NCBI GenBank assembly: GCA_965203275.1
Contig: OZ241865.1
Location: forward strand, 1,184,001-1,248,000
From: Bdellovibrionales bacterium
GTDB lineage: Bacteria; Bdellovibrionota; Bdellovibrionia; Bdellovibrionales; JAUICD01
Direction: 5' to 3'
Length of the DNA: 64,000 nt
Part shown: one piece after another, positions 21,995 through 34,330 of the stretch
Layout of the letters: each line of letters begins with the position of its first letter
Position numbering within the stretch: the stretch's first letter is position 1
Position numbers and translations under genes: made by a program
The notes under the pieces: model-generated
What the model saw: only the letters and a program-made list of their open reading frames with translations
Told to the model about the DNA's origin: nothing
Databases searched by the model: none

Positions 21995-23104
21995 ATGAAA
22001 AATAAACAAATTAAAAAAATCATTATTGCTGGAGGAGGAACTGGAGGTCACATTTACCCAGGGTTAGCTCTCGCATACGATTTGTTAGAACAAAACCTTG
22101 ATTGCCAAGTCCATTTTGTAGGTACTCGACATGGACTTGAATCTCAAATCATCCCTCGCACAATATCTTTACACTTTTTACCTATTGCAGGATGGCAAGG
22201 CGTTAGCTTATGGCATAAACTCAAGGTACTCCTTATGCTCCCCTTAGCTTTGATCAAAAGCATTTATTTATTACTGACCATACGTCCTCAATATGTTTTA
22301 GGTGTAGGAGGATATGCTTCCGGCCCTTTGGTGATGGTGGCTTCTTTAATGGGCTTTCATACAGCCCTCTGGGAGATGAATGCCTATCCAGGACTAACAA
22401 ATCGGATTTTAGCTCGATTTGTAAAGGAGTGTTGGATAGTTTTTGAATCCACAAGCCCCTACCTTAAATCTCGAAAACCTTGCAAAAAAACCAATATACC
22501 TATTCGAAAAGACATTGAAGAAATATCTTATGCTCTATCTCAAAAAGATTCTTCAAAGCATCATATTTTGATTTTTGGAGGAAGCCGTGGGGCCCAAGGT
22601 ATCAATCACTGCGTTTCAAATTGGCTAAAACAAAAACCTCCTATCTTAGCAAACTGCCAAATACGCTTTCAAACAGGAACTTTAAATTATAATAAGATTA
22701 TAAAAAAATTAAATGGCATTCCTCATATACAAATATATGCCTATTTAAACAAAATAGCAGAAGACTATCAATGGGCTGATGTGATGATCTGCCGTGCAGG
22801 AGCTAGCACTATTGCAGAGCTTGCAGCTAGCAGAAAGGCTTCTATTTTGATCCCTTTTCCCTTTGCATCAGAAGACCATCAAAGGAAAAATGCACAAGCT
22901 CTGTATGAAAAAAACGCTTGTGTGATGATCTTAGAAAAAGACTTAACCCCTCAAAAACTAGAAAATGAACTATCCAAAATCATAAATGATCAAAAATATA
23001 AACAAAGCTTAGAACACAATATTGCCAAATGGCATATCCCTGGCAGTAGAGAAAAAATGTCTCAACACATCTACAAAATTTGTACACAAAAGCTAAAAAA
23101 GTAA
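21995..23104 (+). CDS. murG: MurG glycosyltransferase
   Basis: GGGTGGHIYP, GGYAS, GGSRGA, CRAGASTIAE, HQRKNA. Confidence 0.97.
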   Translation: MKNKQIKKIIIAGGGTGGHIYPGLALAYDLLEQNLDCQVHFVGTRHGLESQIIPRTISLHFLPIAGWQGVSLWHKLKVLLMLPLALIKSIYLLLTIRPQYVLGVGGYASGPLVMVASLMGFHTALWEMNAYPGLTNRILARFVKECWIVFESTSPYLKSRKPCKKTNIPIRKDIEEISYALSQKDSSKHHILIFGGSRGAQGINHCVSNWLKQKPPILANCQIRFQTGTLNYNKIIKKLNGIPHIQIYAYLNKIAEDYQWADVMICRAGASTIAELAASRKASILIPFPFASEDHQRKNAQALYEKNACVMILEKDLTPQKLENELSKIINDQKYKQSLEHNIAKWHIPGSREKMSQHIYKICTQKLKK

Positions 23105-23125
23105 GGCATATTATATATTCGAATT

Positions 23126-24754
23126 TCAGTGATTAAAATGTTTTGAAGTAAAGTAATTAATAGGAGATTTGCGGCCACTACCAAAAGCATGAGGGGAAAT
23201 ACGCAAAATAGGTGGAGATTGCCACCTTTTGAACTCTGATTCTTTAATCTTCTGCAATAACCACCGATCAACAGAACTCACAGGTCTCTTACATTGAACT
23301 ATTAAACGATCAATGCTCTGATCTATCTTGCTGTATTCTAAAAGTGTATCACTGTCTTTTTGGTTTTTCTTAAGTTCAGCTGTAGGCGACCTCGTCATAA
23401 TTGCAGAAGGAATTTCTGAGGCATAACATTTTTGAGCTATTTCATAAACTTGTGTTTTAAGCACATCCCCTATAGGTGCTAAAGCTCCACTCATATCTCC
23501 GTAAAGGGTGGTATAACCTAAAGCTATTTCACTTTTGTTGCCCGTTGCAAGTAGCAAGCTTTTATTTTCATTAGCAAAAGTCATCAAATAAAGAGATCGT
23601 AGGCGAGCTTGTATGTTTTCATCAGTGATCCCTTCACATTTCATATTATGCTTTACCTTAAGGTCTTTGGTGATTTTTTTATAAGCTTCTATAATAGGCC
23701 AAGTTATTAATAGACAATTTAAATTATGTGCTAGTTTTTGTGCTAAAGAATAACTTAAGTTTGTGCTAAAAGGACCTGGTAAGGCTATCAATGTCATACA
23801 CTCTGCTCCAAGGGCTTCCACAGCTAAACAAGCTACTAAAGCCGAATCAATACCTCCACTTAATCCTAAATGTACACGAGTATATCCTGCACTCCATACA
23901 TAATCTCTTATACCTAAAACCAAAGCCTGTTTGATCAGTGAGAGATGATCCTTTGGTAAAGAAGTTTTTATAGCAGGTGTGAGAGTTTTTTTGAAATCAT
24001 AAGAAATAATATCTTCTTTAAAATATTTTGCTTGACGTTGAATCTGACCTTTTTGATCAACCAACAAACTCCCTCCATCAAATATCAGCTCATCTTGCCC
24101 TCCTACTAAATTTGTGTAAAAAACCGGTGCCGATAATTTTTGAGTCACAGATTGAATGGCTTGCAAACGTTGCTTAGCTTTATTGGTAGAAAAAGGCGAA
24201 GCACTTAAATTCACAACCAAATCAAAATGACCTTTTTTAATCTTTTTAAGAGGATCTTTAGAGTTTCTTGCAGTAGCCCTCCATATCAGGTGATCAGCCC
24301 AAATATCTTCACAAATAGTCACTAAAATTTTATAACCTTTTAATTGAAAATGATTGTCTTTCATACACCCTGATTCAAAATATCTAGGTTCATCAAAGAC
24401 ATCATATAAAGGCAAAAGAACTTTATGAAAACATTGTAGCTTTTTGTTTTTTCTTAAAAGAACAGCTGAGTTGTGATAACATTTTCCGTATTTTTTTTTA
24501 CTTTCTGTAATAGCTCCTATTAAAACAGCTAAGTTGGGAGGTATTTGTTGATGGCATTTTTTTAAAACTTTGAGTTGTTGTTGCACAAGGCTAGTTTGTT
24601 CCAGAAGAGAGCCAGGCCAATATCCAAAAAGACTCATCTCTGGGAAAACAATCAAATCATGATCTGAAAGTGTTTTAACAGTAGCTAATATTTGTTTTGC
24701 ATTATAATGAAAATCCCCTAAACGAGGACTCATTTGAACACCAGCAATTTTCAT
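23126..24754 (-). CDS. nadE: glutamine-dependent NAD+ synthetase
   Basis: Nitrilase domain (FPEM, ICED) plus GLSGGIDS, ENIQAR, TGNKSE, YTTLYGD. Confidence 0.95.
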   Translation of the reverse strand: MKIAGVQMSPRLGDFHYNAKQILATVKTLSDHDLIVFPEMSLFGYWPGSLLEQTSLVQQQLKVLKKCHQQIPPNLAVLIGAITESKKKYGKCYHNSAVLLRKNKKLQCFHKVLLPLYDVFDEPRYFESGCMKDNHFQLKGYKILVTICEDIWADHLIWRATARNSKDPLKKIKKGHFDLVVNLSASPFSTNKAKQRLQAIQSVTQKLSAPVFYTNLVGGQDELIFDGGSLLVDQKGQIQRQAKYFKEDIISYDFKKTLTPAIKTSLPKDHLSLIKQALVLGIRDYVWSAGYTRVHLGLSGGIDSALVACLAVEALGAECMTLIALPGPFSTNLSYSLAQKLAHNLNCLLITWPIIEAYKKITKDLKVKHNMKCEGITDENIQARLRSLYLMTFANENKSLLLATGNKSEIALGYTTLYGDMSGALAPIGDVLKTQVYEIAQKCYASEIPSAIMTRSPTAELKKNQKDSDTLLEYSKIDQSIDRLIVQCKRPVSSVDRWLLQKIKESEFKRWQSPPILRISPHAFGSGRKSPINYFTSKHFNH

Positions 24755-25298
24755 AATACTCCTTGTGAAGATGGATTTTTAAACTCTGTGAGAATAGAAA
24801 AAATATCTCTCTCTGCTTTTGCTTATCAGAAATAAAGCTACAGTTTGATATGATTTTGCTTGATAGCCCTAGCTTTAACTTTTAATATGCATTTTTATTA
24901 TAAAATCCTATTTTTAAAACATGTCTGACTTGATTATGGCTTAACATACTATATTGTGTATGATGCTTCAAGACAATTAATAAAGGCTTACAAATTGTTA
25001 AACAACTCATTATAGAAAATAGGTAAGGCTAAAGTAGCTGTTATAATGCCAGTGGGAAAACCTAAGCCTATTTTCTTGATGCAGAAATAAATACTCAAAG
25101 ATAGCCCTAGAACAGGAATATATTTGTTGATTCTCATTACATGACCTGTTATGTTCAGATTTAGATGAGGTTTAAAAAATATTTGACATAGTTGATAAAA
25201 TAACATATTCAAGTAACATGATGTTCAAAAATTTACAGACAGTAAGTTATGAACAGAGCAAGAGAGCAAAGGATAGGCGGGATAGGCGGATAAGCAAT

Positions 25299-25739
25299 AT
25301 GCGAGGACAAACAAAATCATTTAAAAAGTCTAAAAACTCCTTGGAGAAGTGGTGGTTAGTGAACGCTCAAGGGCAAACTCTAGGCCGTATAGCTACACAA
25401 ATTGCTTCTATTCTAAGAGGTAAGGACAAACCTACTTACACTCCTCATACAGATATGGGAGATTTTGTGATTGTGATCAATGCTTCACAGGTGCATTTAA
25501 CTGGTCAAAAGTTAAGTCAAAAGCTTTATTACACTCGCTCCCGTTATTTTGGATCATTAAAACAAAAAACAGCAGAAAAGGTTTTGCAATCTCAGCCAGA
25601 GAAAATCTTATATAAAGCTGTGCGAGGCATGCTACCTAAAAATAAACTTTCTAGAAAAATTTTAAAAAAATTAAAACTTTATCAAGGAGCGGAGCATCCA
25701 CATCAAGCACAAAAACCAGAAGCTTTAACCCTCACTTAA
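25299..25739 (+). CDS. rplM: 50S ribosomal protein L13
   Basis: LGRIAT..A..LRGK.KP.YTPH.D.GD, HPH.AQ.P; start probably 25299 (track gives 25218). Confidence 0.95.
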   Translation: MRGQTKSFKKSKNSLEKWWLVNAQGQTLGRIATQIASILRGKDKPTYTPHTDMGDFVIVINASQVHLTGQKLSQKLYYTRSRYFGSLKQKTAEKVLQSQPEKILYKAVRGMLPKNKLSRKILKKLKLYQGAEHPHQAQKPEALTLT

Positions 25740-25762
25740 TAATGACTGTGAAGTAATGGGAG

Positions 25763-26191
25763 ATGATTATGAAAACAGCAATAGCAACAGAGCCAACAAC
25801 ATCTAAAAAAGTTTATTATGCAACAGGTCGAAGAAAGACCAGTTCTGCTCGTGTTTTTCTCAAGCCAGGTTCAGGGCAAATCACTATTAATAAAAAGAAG
25901 TCCTCAGAATATTTAAGTCGGATAGCTACAAAAGCTATTATTCAAACCCCTCTTAAAATTACTGAAATGCAAGATCAAGTGGATTTAAAGATCACTGTAA
26001 AGGGTGGTGGTGAGTCAGGACAGGCAGGAGCTATACGGCATGGCATTGCTCGTGCTTTGGTGGTATTCAACAAAGAATTGCGACCTGTCCTTAAAAAAGA
26101 AGGCTTTTTATCCAGAGATCCTCGCATGGTTGAAAGAAAGAAATACGGACTACGAGGAGCTCGTCGCCGTTTCCAATACTCTAAGCGATAA
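25763..26191 (+). CDS. rpsI: 30S ribosomal protein S9
   Basis: TGRRK, GGG.SGQAGA, ERKKYG...QYSKR. Confidence 0.97.
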   Translation: MIMKTAIATEPTTSKKVYYATGRRKTSSARVFLKPGSGQITINKKKSSEYLSRIATKAIIQTPLKITEMQDQVDLKITVKGGGESGQAGAIRHGIARALVVFNKELRPVLKKEGFLSRDPRMVERKKYGLRGARRRFQYSKR

Positions 26192-26201
26192 AAAGAAACA
26201 A

Positions 26202-26300
26202 CCTGAGTTTGATAGCCTGCAAAAATAAAGTTGAGCAGTAGAGGTTATGAGTCGAAAGAGATTTTGTGCCACTAAGTTTTTGTTTTGTGGCAGGATTTTG
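26202..26300. mobile_element. solo IS1634-type end
   Basis: Close match to 77-180 including CCTGAGTTTGA and GAGTCGAAAGAGATTTTGTGCCACTA. Confidence 0.8.
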
Positions 26301-26523
26301 GAGAGATTGGGCAGGGTTTTGCTCTTTTTTGAGAGTTTTATAAGAAATATCAGTAATTTGTATCAAATTGAAAGATATATTGAAAAAAACAAAAGGACCT
26401 CTAAGCTTTTGAATAAGCTTTCTGTTTTCTAGGAATTTTATACCTACCTTTAGATATTGAATTGTTATTCAAATACTCTATTGGTAGGGCTTTAGACTTA
26501 CTTAAGGATATATAGAATTGGTC

Positions 26524-27618
26524 TTATTTGGTAGCTCCGGCCTCTTTTAATAGCCTTACAATCTCTGTATGGCCATTCTTGCGAGCATGTATTAAAGCCG
26601 TCTGGTGGCCATATTTATCTTGAATATTAACGTCCGCACCATTCTCTAGCAATACCTTTACAACCTCAATATGGCCATTCTCACTAGCAATTATTAAAGC
26701 CGTCCTGCCACTTGCGTTTTGAAGATCGACGTTAGAACCATTTTCTAGCAATACCTTTACAATCTCTGTATGGCCAAAAAAACTAGCATACATTAAAGCC
26801 GTATAGTCTGTTGTTTTATCTTGAATATTAACGTTAGCTCTGGCTTCTAGCAATAACCTTACAATCTCTGTATGGCCATTATAACTAGCAAACATTAAAG
26901 CCGTCCAGCCTCTTTTGTTTTGAAGATTGACGTTAGCTTCGGCCGCTAGCAATGCCCTTACAACCTCTATATGACCCAGATCACAGGCCCACATTAAAGC
27001 CGTCCTGCCCTCTTCGTCTTGAATATCGACTTTAGCTCCATTTTCTAGCAATAACCTTACAAACTCAATACGGCCATGGCTACTAGCCAACATTAAAGCC
27101 GTCCTGCCCTCTTCGTCTTGATGATTGACGTCCGCTCCGGCCGCTAGCAATTCCTTTACCGATCTACGGACACGGGAAACAACAGCCTCTATTAAAGCCG
27201 TCCGGCCTCTGTTGTTTTGAAGATCGACGTTAGCTCCGGACGCTAGCAATAATCTTACAATCTCAATATAGACTCTCACACTTGCATAAGTTAAAGCCGT
27301 CTCTCCTATTTTGTTTTGAAGATCAACGTTAGCACCATTTTCTAGCAATAACCTTACAGTTTCAATACTGCCCCGCCAGCTTGCCCACATTAAAGCCGTC
27401 CAGCCCTCTTCGTCTTGATGATTGACGTCCGCTCCGGCCGCTAGCAATTCCTTTACCGATCTACCGGGAGAAAAAGGTCGCTTTGTACGATTTAATAAGT
27501 CATTATTGAGTAATTCCCTCTCACTTTGATTTGGCATAAGGCTTCCAGCACAAGCCACCCATAGAGAACTACTAGAAACAAGCAAAGCAATAAATAGGAT
27601 AAAATGTATTTTTTTCAT
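26524..27618 (-). CDS. secreted ankyrin-repeat protein (~9 repeats)
   Basis: Signal peptide; canonical G.TALM.AS..GH.EIVRLLLE.GA.VN repeats. Confidence 0.93.
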   Translation of the reverse strand: MKKIHFILFIALLVSSSSLWVACAGSLMPNQSERELLNNDLLNRTKRPFSPGRSVKELLAAGADVNHQDEEGWTALMWASWRGSIETVRLLLENGANVDLQNKIGETALTYASVRVYIEIVRLLLASGANVDLQNNRGRTALIEAVVSRVRRSVKELLAAGADVNHQDEEGRTALMLASSHGRIEFVRLLLENGAKVDIQDEEGRTALMWACDLGHIEVVRALLAAEANVNLQNKRGWTALMFASYNGHTEIVRLLLEARANVNIQDKTTDYTALMYASFFGHTEIVKVLLENGSNVDLQNASGRTALIIASENGHIEVVKVLLENGADVNIQDKYGHQTALIHARKNGHTEIVRLLKEAGATK

Positions 27619-27644
27619 TTGTACTTTCCTTTTGAATTTTTGAT

Positions 27645-27673
27645 TTTATAACAGCATAATTCTGAAAAGTCAA
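27645..27673 (-). promoter_or_regulatory. sigma-70 promoter
   Basis: TTGACT-17 nt-TATAAA with TG extension; near-identical copy at 34866-34894. Confidence 0.75.
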
Positions 27674-27685
27674 GTCGTATTTATT

Positions 27686-28912
27686 CTCACTAAAAGTGGT
27701 CTAGCCGTTTGGTTCACTCAAAATGCATCATGCCTCTGGCATGTTTTTGGGCAATGACCGCAATGGCTTTCGCCATTGACAAAATGGTCATTGCCTCAAA
27801 AATCTATGCATTTTGAGTAGGGGAGGATATCTTCGTTTCTTAACACAATGTTAAGGAAACAAGAAGTTCATTTGTCGTCGATCAAAGGCTGGCTACCTCA
27901 AAAGTCCGTTTACTTTTAGTAGGAAGAATCCTCTCCTCTCTTTACACGATGTTAAGGAAACAAGATATTTATTTCACTTTTTTCGCCTTTGACAAAATGG
28001 TCATTGCCTCAAAAATCTGTTTACTTTTAGTAGGGAGTTAGTTGTTTCACTCAAAATGAGCCACACCTCTGGTGTGTTTTTGGGCATTGCTCTGACAGCT
28101 TACGCTGTCTAAAAAGAGCAATGTCGCAAAAAACTGCTCATTTTGAGTAGGGGAGGATATCTTCATTTTTTGACCAGATGTTAAGGAAAATATCCTTTTA
28201 ATACCAGTTAGCCCGACGGCTGTCGTCGTCGATCAAAGGCTAACTGCCTCAAAAGTCCGTTTACTTTTAGTAGGAAGAATCCTCTCCTCTCTTTACACGA
28301 TGTTAAGGAAACAAGATATTCGTATTTTTTTTTATTTTTTTTATTCTCTTTTAGATTCTGCATAATCTCAAAAAAATCCAAATATTATGAGTGGGATGCG
28401 GGGGCAGGCTGAAGATCTTCCGCAGACCCGCTTGCTCCCAAAAGCAAGCGAAGGTTGAGGACTTCGGAAGCCTGACTCCGCATTCCATTCATATAAAAAT
28501 ATACAAATGGAAAAGCAGAATCGAAGGGTGGCGGGTGGGGTTAGGGAGTTGTTTCACTCAAAGTGAACTGACCTCTGGTCACTTTCTGGCGATGACCACG
28601 ACGGCTCTCGCCGTCGATAAAATGGTCATCGCCTAGTGTTGTTACATGGCAAGCTTCAGAGAAGCTTGCTGTCTGACCACTTTTAGTAGGAAAAGGATCC
28701 TCTCGTCTCTTGACAGGATGTTAAGGGTTTGTCTCACTAAAAGTAAACTGACCTCTGGTCACTTTGAGTAAGGAGGATATCCTCGTCTCTTGACCGCATG
28801 TTAAGGAAACAAGATGTTTATCACAATGGCTGTCGTCGTCGATCAAAGGCTAACTGCCTCAAAAGTCCGTTTACTTTTAGTGAAAATGACGGTCAGTTTA
28901 CTTTTAGTGAAT
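27686..28912 (-). repeat. cluster of modular hairpin repeats (6 boxes) interrupted by a distinct structured segment
   Basis: Reverse-oriented units 27686-28320 and 28550-28912. Confidence 0.9.
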
Positions 28913-28979
28913 TTGATGTCGATACCAGATAATAAGCCACATATTTTTTGATATGATACAAGTCCTTATTTGACGTTGC

Positions 28980-29348
28980 TTAGTTTTTTCTAGTGTTGAT
29001 GATGGTATAGGACTTTTCCTTTTCCTCTTTACTTTTTGCAGTTATGTGAGTCATAAGTCCTTTAAGGAAACAATGTATACAAAGCTCATTATTATGCACA
29101 GCAGCATTTAGAATCATAAGATTTGCTAAAATAAGCTTCTCTTGATCATCCAAACTCTCTTCAGCTTTTTCTAACTTTTCAAAGTCTATTATTTCACCTG
29201 AACACGTAGAAACTGCCAAAACATTTGAAACAACAGTCACAGCTTTACCGCAGGCCTGTTGTGCCTTACACCAAAGACAAAAATAATCGGTTAATATTTT
29301 AATCATACCACTTTTTAATAATTCCTTTTGTTTATTTTTGTCAGCCAT
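28980..29348 (-). CDS. hypothetical protein with two CxxC motifs
   Basis: GGAGG RBS; CLWC and CIHC. Confidence 0.6.
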   Translation of the reverse strand: MADKNKQKELLKSGMIKILTDYFCLWCKAQQACGKAVTVVSNVLAVSTCSGEIIDFEKLEKAEESLDDQEKLILANLMILNAAVHNNELCIHCFLKGLMTHITAKSKEEKEKSYTIINTRKN

Positions 29349-29521
29349 AAAATCCTCCAGGGTTGTTTATATTTCTAAACTGCTTTCTTTGGTATAGTAT
29401 TGTTTTCTAAGAAAGTCAAAAGGCATATTAATAAAGTGAAATAATATCTAATGTCTATGATGATTCAAGTGTTATAACTTTGCTAAGACGATTAACGAAG
29501 TTATGTATGGGAACATTGGTC

Positions 29522-30244
29522 TTATTCTTTAGCACCAGCCTTTTTCAAGAGTCTTACAATCTCAACATCTCCTCTAGCAGCCATTAAAGCCGTCCAACCG
29601 CTTCGAAGATTGGCGTCAGCACCGGCCGCTAGCAATAACCTTACAATCTCAGCATGTCTTCTAAAACTAGCCTTCGTTAAAGCCGTATGGCCAAAAAAGT
29701 TTTGAATATTTGGATCTGCATTGGCTACTAGCAATAGTTTTACAGTTTCAATATAGCCTGCATCACTAGCTAATATTAAAGGCGTATCGCTAAGATTGTT
29801 TTGAATATTTGGATCTGCACCGGCCGCTAGCAATAACCTTACAACCTCAGTATGTTTTACAGCACGAAATAAAGCCGTTTCGCCACGCAAAAATAAAGTC
29901 ACGAATGGATGATTGACTTGATGATTGACATTTGCTCCGGCTACTATCAATGCCCTTACAATCTCAATATGACCTATGTCACTAGCAAACGTTAAAGCCA
30001 TCTGGCCATTTTCGTCTTGATAATTGACGTTGGCTCCGGCCGCTAGAACTAACTTTACAAGAGGATAGTTGCCGTCTTTAACGAAAGTTAGTAATGCTTT
30101 ATCAAGCTCCAATAATTCACTCTCACTTAAGTCCACTTTAATAACCCTTTGATGTTGATGTGACATAAGACTTTCAGCACAAGCCCATAGAGAATCACTA
30201 GAAACAAGCAAAGTTATAAATAAAATAAAAATATATTTTTTCAT
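29522..30244 (-). CDS. secreted ankyrin-repeat protein
   Basis: Signal peptide ..SLWACAESL; canonical ankyrin repeats. Confidence 0.92.
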   Translation of the reverse strand: MKKYIFILFITLLVSSDSLWACAESLMSHQHQRVIKVDLSESELLELDKALLTFVKDGNYPLVKLVLAAGANVNYQDENGQMALTFASDIGHIEIVRALIVAGANVNHQVNHPFVTLFLRGETALFRAVKHTEVVRLLLAAGADPNIQNNLSDTPLILASDAGYIETVKLLLVANADPNIQNFFGHTALTKASFRRHAEIVRLLLAAGADANLRSGWTALMAARGDVEIVRLLKKAGAKE

Positions 30245-30287
30245 TTGTACCTCCCTTAGACTTACTTAAAGATAAATATAATTGGTT

Positions 30288-30824
30288 TTATTCTGTAGCT
30301 CCGGCCGCTTTTAATAGTCTTACAATCTCAACATGGCCTTTAGAATCAGCCAATATTAAAGCCGTCCATCTATGGTCGTCTTGATAATTGACTTTCGCAC
30401 CATTTTCTAGCAATAGCCTTACAATCTCTGTATGGCCATTCTCACTAGCATACATTAAAGCTGTCCTGCCTTTTTTGTTTTGAAGATTAACGTCAGCTCC
30501 GGCCGCTAGCAATGCCCTTACAGCTTCAATTTGGCCATTATCACTAGCCGCCATTAAAGCCGTCCAGCCACCATAACCTTGATGATTGACGTTAGCTCCG
30601 GCCTCTAGCAATTTCTTTATCAATCTAGTAGGGCCGCCATCAAGAGCAAGGTCTAAGTAATTATCGAGTTCAAATAATGCACTCTCACTTAAGGACTTTT
30701 TAATAACTTTTTGTTTTGAATTTGGCATTTCTCTTGAATTTGGCGTAAGACTTTCAGCACAAGCCCATAGAGAATCACTAGAAACAAGCAAAGCAATAAA
30801 TAGAATAAAAATATATTTTTTCAT
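30288..30824 (-). CDS. secreted ankyrin-repeat protein
   Basis: Signal peptide ..SLWACAESL; canonical ankyrin repeats. Confidence 0.92.
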   Translation of the reverse strand: MKKYIFILFIALLVSSDSLWACAESLTPNSREMPNSKQKVIKKSLSESALFELDNYLDLALDGGPTRLIKKLLEAGANVNHQGYGGWTALMAASDNGQIEAVRALLAAGADVNLQNKKGRTALMYASENGHTEIVRLLLENGAKVNYQDDHRWTALILADSKGHVEIVRLLKAAGATE

Positions 30825-30834
30825 TTATATCTCC

Positions 30835-31157
30835 TGATGCCGGGTTGCCCGATCCCAGATCCCGGGAGTAAATGACTTTTTCCTTAACATGGTGTTAAGA
30901 GACGAGGAGATCCTCCCCTACTCAAAATAAATGAATTTTCTAGGCAGTTAGCCTTTGATCGACGGCGTGAGCCGTCGTGGTCATCGCCCAGGGTGTAAGA
31001 AGGAACTTTTTCCTTAACATCGTGTAAGAAGACGATGGGATCCTCCCCTACTAAAAATAAACGGATTTTTGAGGCAATCAGCCTTTGATCGACGGCGAGA
31101 GCCGTCGGGCTGATTGCCCAAAAACAGCCAGAGGCTGGTTTATTTTTAGTGAGACAA
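30835..31157 (+). repeat. heptamer tract plus two hairpin repeat units
   Basis: Boxes at 30882 and 31012; complete unit ends a few nt from the groEL stop. Confidence 0.9.
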
Positions 31158-31160
31158 TCA

Positions 31161-32834
<1,674 letters not shown>

Positions 32835-32848
32835 CTAACTATTGAATG

Positions 32849-33166
32849 TTAATGTTTATTGATTATTCCTAAGACATCATCTTCACGGATCATTAAATAT
32901 TCCTTCCCTTTGAGTTTTAACTCTGTACCAGAATATTTACTAAACAGAATTTGATCACCACTTTTAACTTCTAAAGGTAAACACTTCCCATCTTCGGTTT
33001 TTCTACCAGAGCCAACAGCAATGACACAACCTTCTTGAGGTTTCTCTTTAGCTGTTTCTGGAATGTAAATACCTCCAGCTGTTTTTTCTTCCTCTGATAA
33101 TCGCTGTATTAAAAGACGATCATGCAAAGGACGAACTCCAATATTAGTAGATACATTTTCGTTCAT
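32849..33166 (-). CDS. groS: co-chaperonin GroES
   Basis: RPLHDR, TAGGIYIP.TAKEKP, FSKYSGTE. Confidence 0.98.
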   Translation of the reverse strand: MNENVSTNIGVRPLHDRLLIQRLSEEEKTAGGIYIPETAKEKPQEGCVIAVGSGRKTEDGKCLPLEVKSGDQILFSKYSGTELKLKGKEYLMIREDDVLGIINKH

Positions 33167-33551
33167 CTTTGAACCTCCTTTTTAAAATAAATTAAATGGC
33201 TGAAATTAATCCCTAAATTATTCCTTAAATTATTTAGAGGCTATGAGTGGCTTTTTATGAAATGAAGCCACTTAAGCACCTCTTTGATAATGAGCAATAT
33301 TGTGATAAAGGCTATAATGTCAAGAGATAAATTGATTTTTTTTAAAAAATGAAGCAAAGCATATAAAATCAAAAGCTTTTTTAACATTATGTGTTAAAAA
33401 ATTCTGTAGATCTGTAGAAAAATTAAATGCGATGAAATGAAAAAGGGACACTTTTTGTCACTATGAAGGACCATTTTGAGTTCTTTTAAAACTTAAACTG
33501 AGCTGATCTGCAAATAAAAGCACTTTCATTTTATTTAAGCGGTATAGAATA

Positions 33552-33568
33552 TTGGCATTGTCTTTGCA
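33552..33568 (+). promoter_or_regulatory. sigma-54 (-24/-12) promoter
   Basis: TTGGCATTGTCTTTGCA (GG-N10-GC). Confidence 0.6.
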
Positions 33569-33578
33569 ATTAATAAAA

Positions 33579-33643
33579 GTAACCCTAACGAAAACCCCCT
33601 TACCCCTCAAGCCAGATGTCCCCTCCATCTGGCTTTCTTTTTT
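33579..33643 (+). ncRNA. candidate C-rich small RNA
   Basis: Lies between a sigma-54 motif and an intrinsic terminator; three CCCCT motifs; no ORF. Confidence 0.45.
33609..33643 (+). terminator. intrinsic terminator
   Basis: AAGCCAGATG-8 nt-CATCTGGCTT followed by a T-rich run. Confidence 0.75.
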
Positions 33644-33844
33644 TCTTCTGTCATTTCCTCAAAAAGTGATTTATATGTTGTGAGGCTAACCGTGGAGTAT
33701 CGGCCCACAAGGCCAGGATTGACTTTTAGAATAATTGGTCCAGTTTTTCGTCTCATAATCATCCCTCTTGAAAAAACTACTTGCAAACAAGACAGGAGTA
33801 TACGAGTATAGACCTGTCTTTATTTTCCCGTCTAAGACAATACT

Positions 33845-33876
33845 AAAAAACCCTGCTTGATTGCAGGTTTTTTTTT
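33845..33876. terminator. intrinsic terminator, possibly bidirectional
   Basis: A6-CCCTGC-TTGATT-GCAGG-T9. Confidence 0.65.
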
Positions 33877-34215
33877 GATTATTTCCAAATTTTGATTTTT
33901 ACTTAATCAATATTTAAAGTTTTGTTATCCACTACGTGCCTGCTAAACCGGATGATTGATATTTGTGTTAATTTTGATATAGAATTTTCATAATGATAGA
34001 TTGTTATATGTTTACTTTTTTGTTTTGAATAATCAGACTCAAAGTGATGGGAGTATTTGGTTATGGATAAAACTCAAAAGTCTAAAAGAAAGACAATCAA
34101 GTATCATCCAGTTGGTTTAATAGAATGGTTTGTAAAGTTTCGATGTTTGAGACTTCAAAGAAGGCATGGCAATCAATATAAGAGTAAGGATTGATATGTG
34201 AGACAAATATAGAAT

Positions 34216-34330
34216 TAGTATTCTGTAGCTCCGGCCTCTTTTAATAGTTTTTCAATATCTATACGACCTTTCCGGCTTGCATACATTAAAGCCGTCCAGC
34301 TTCTGTTGTCTTGAAGATAGACCTTAGCAT
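34216..34330 (-). pseudogene. 3' remnant of an ankyrin gene
   Basis: Manual translation AKVYLQDNRSWTALMYASRKGRIDIEKLLKEAGATEY*, matching the C-termini of neighbouring ankyrin genes. Confidence 0.8.

Noticed and set aside
33270..33300. CIRCE operator upstream of groES
   Set aside because: TAAGCACCTC-N9-GAGCAATAT is too degenerate versus TTAGCACTC-N9-GAGTGCTAA to call
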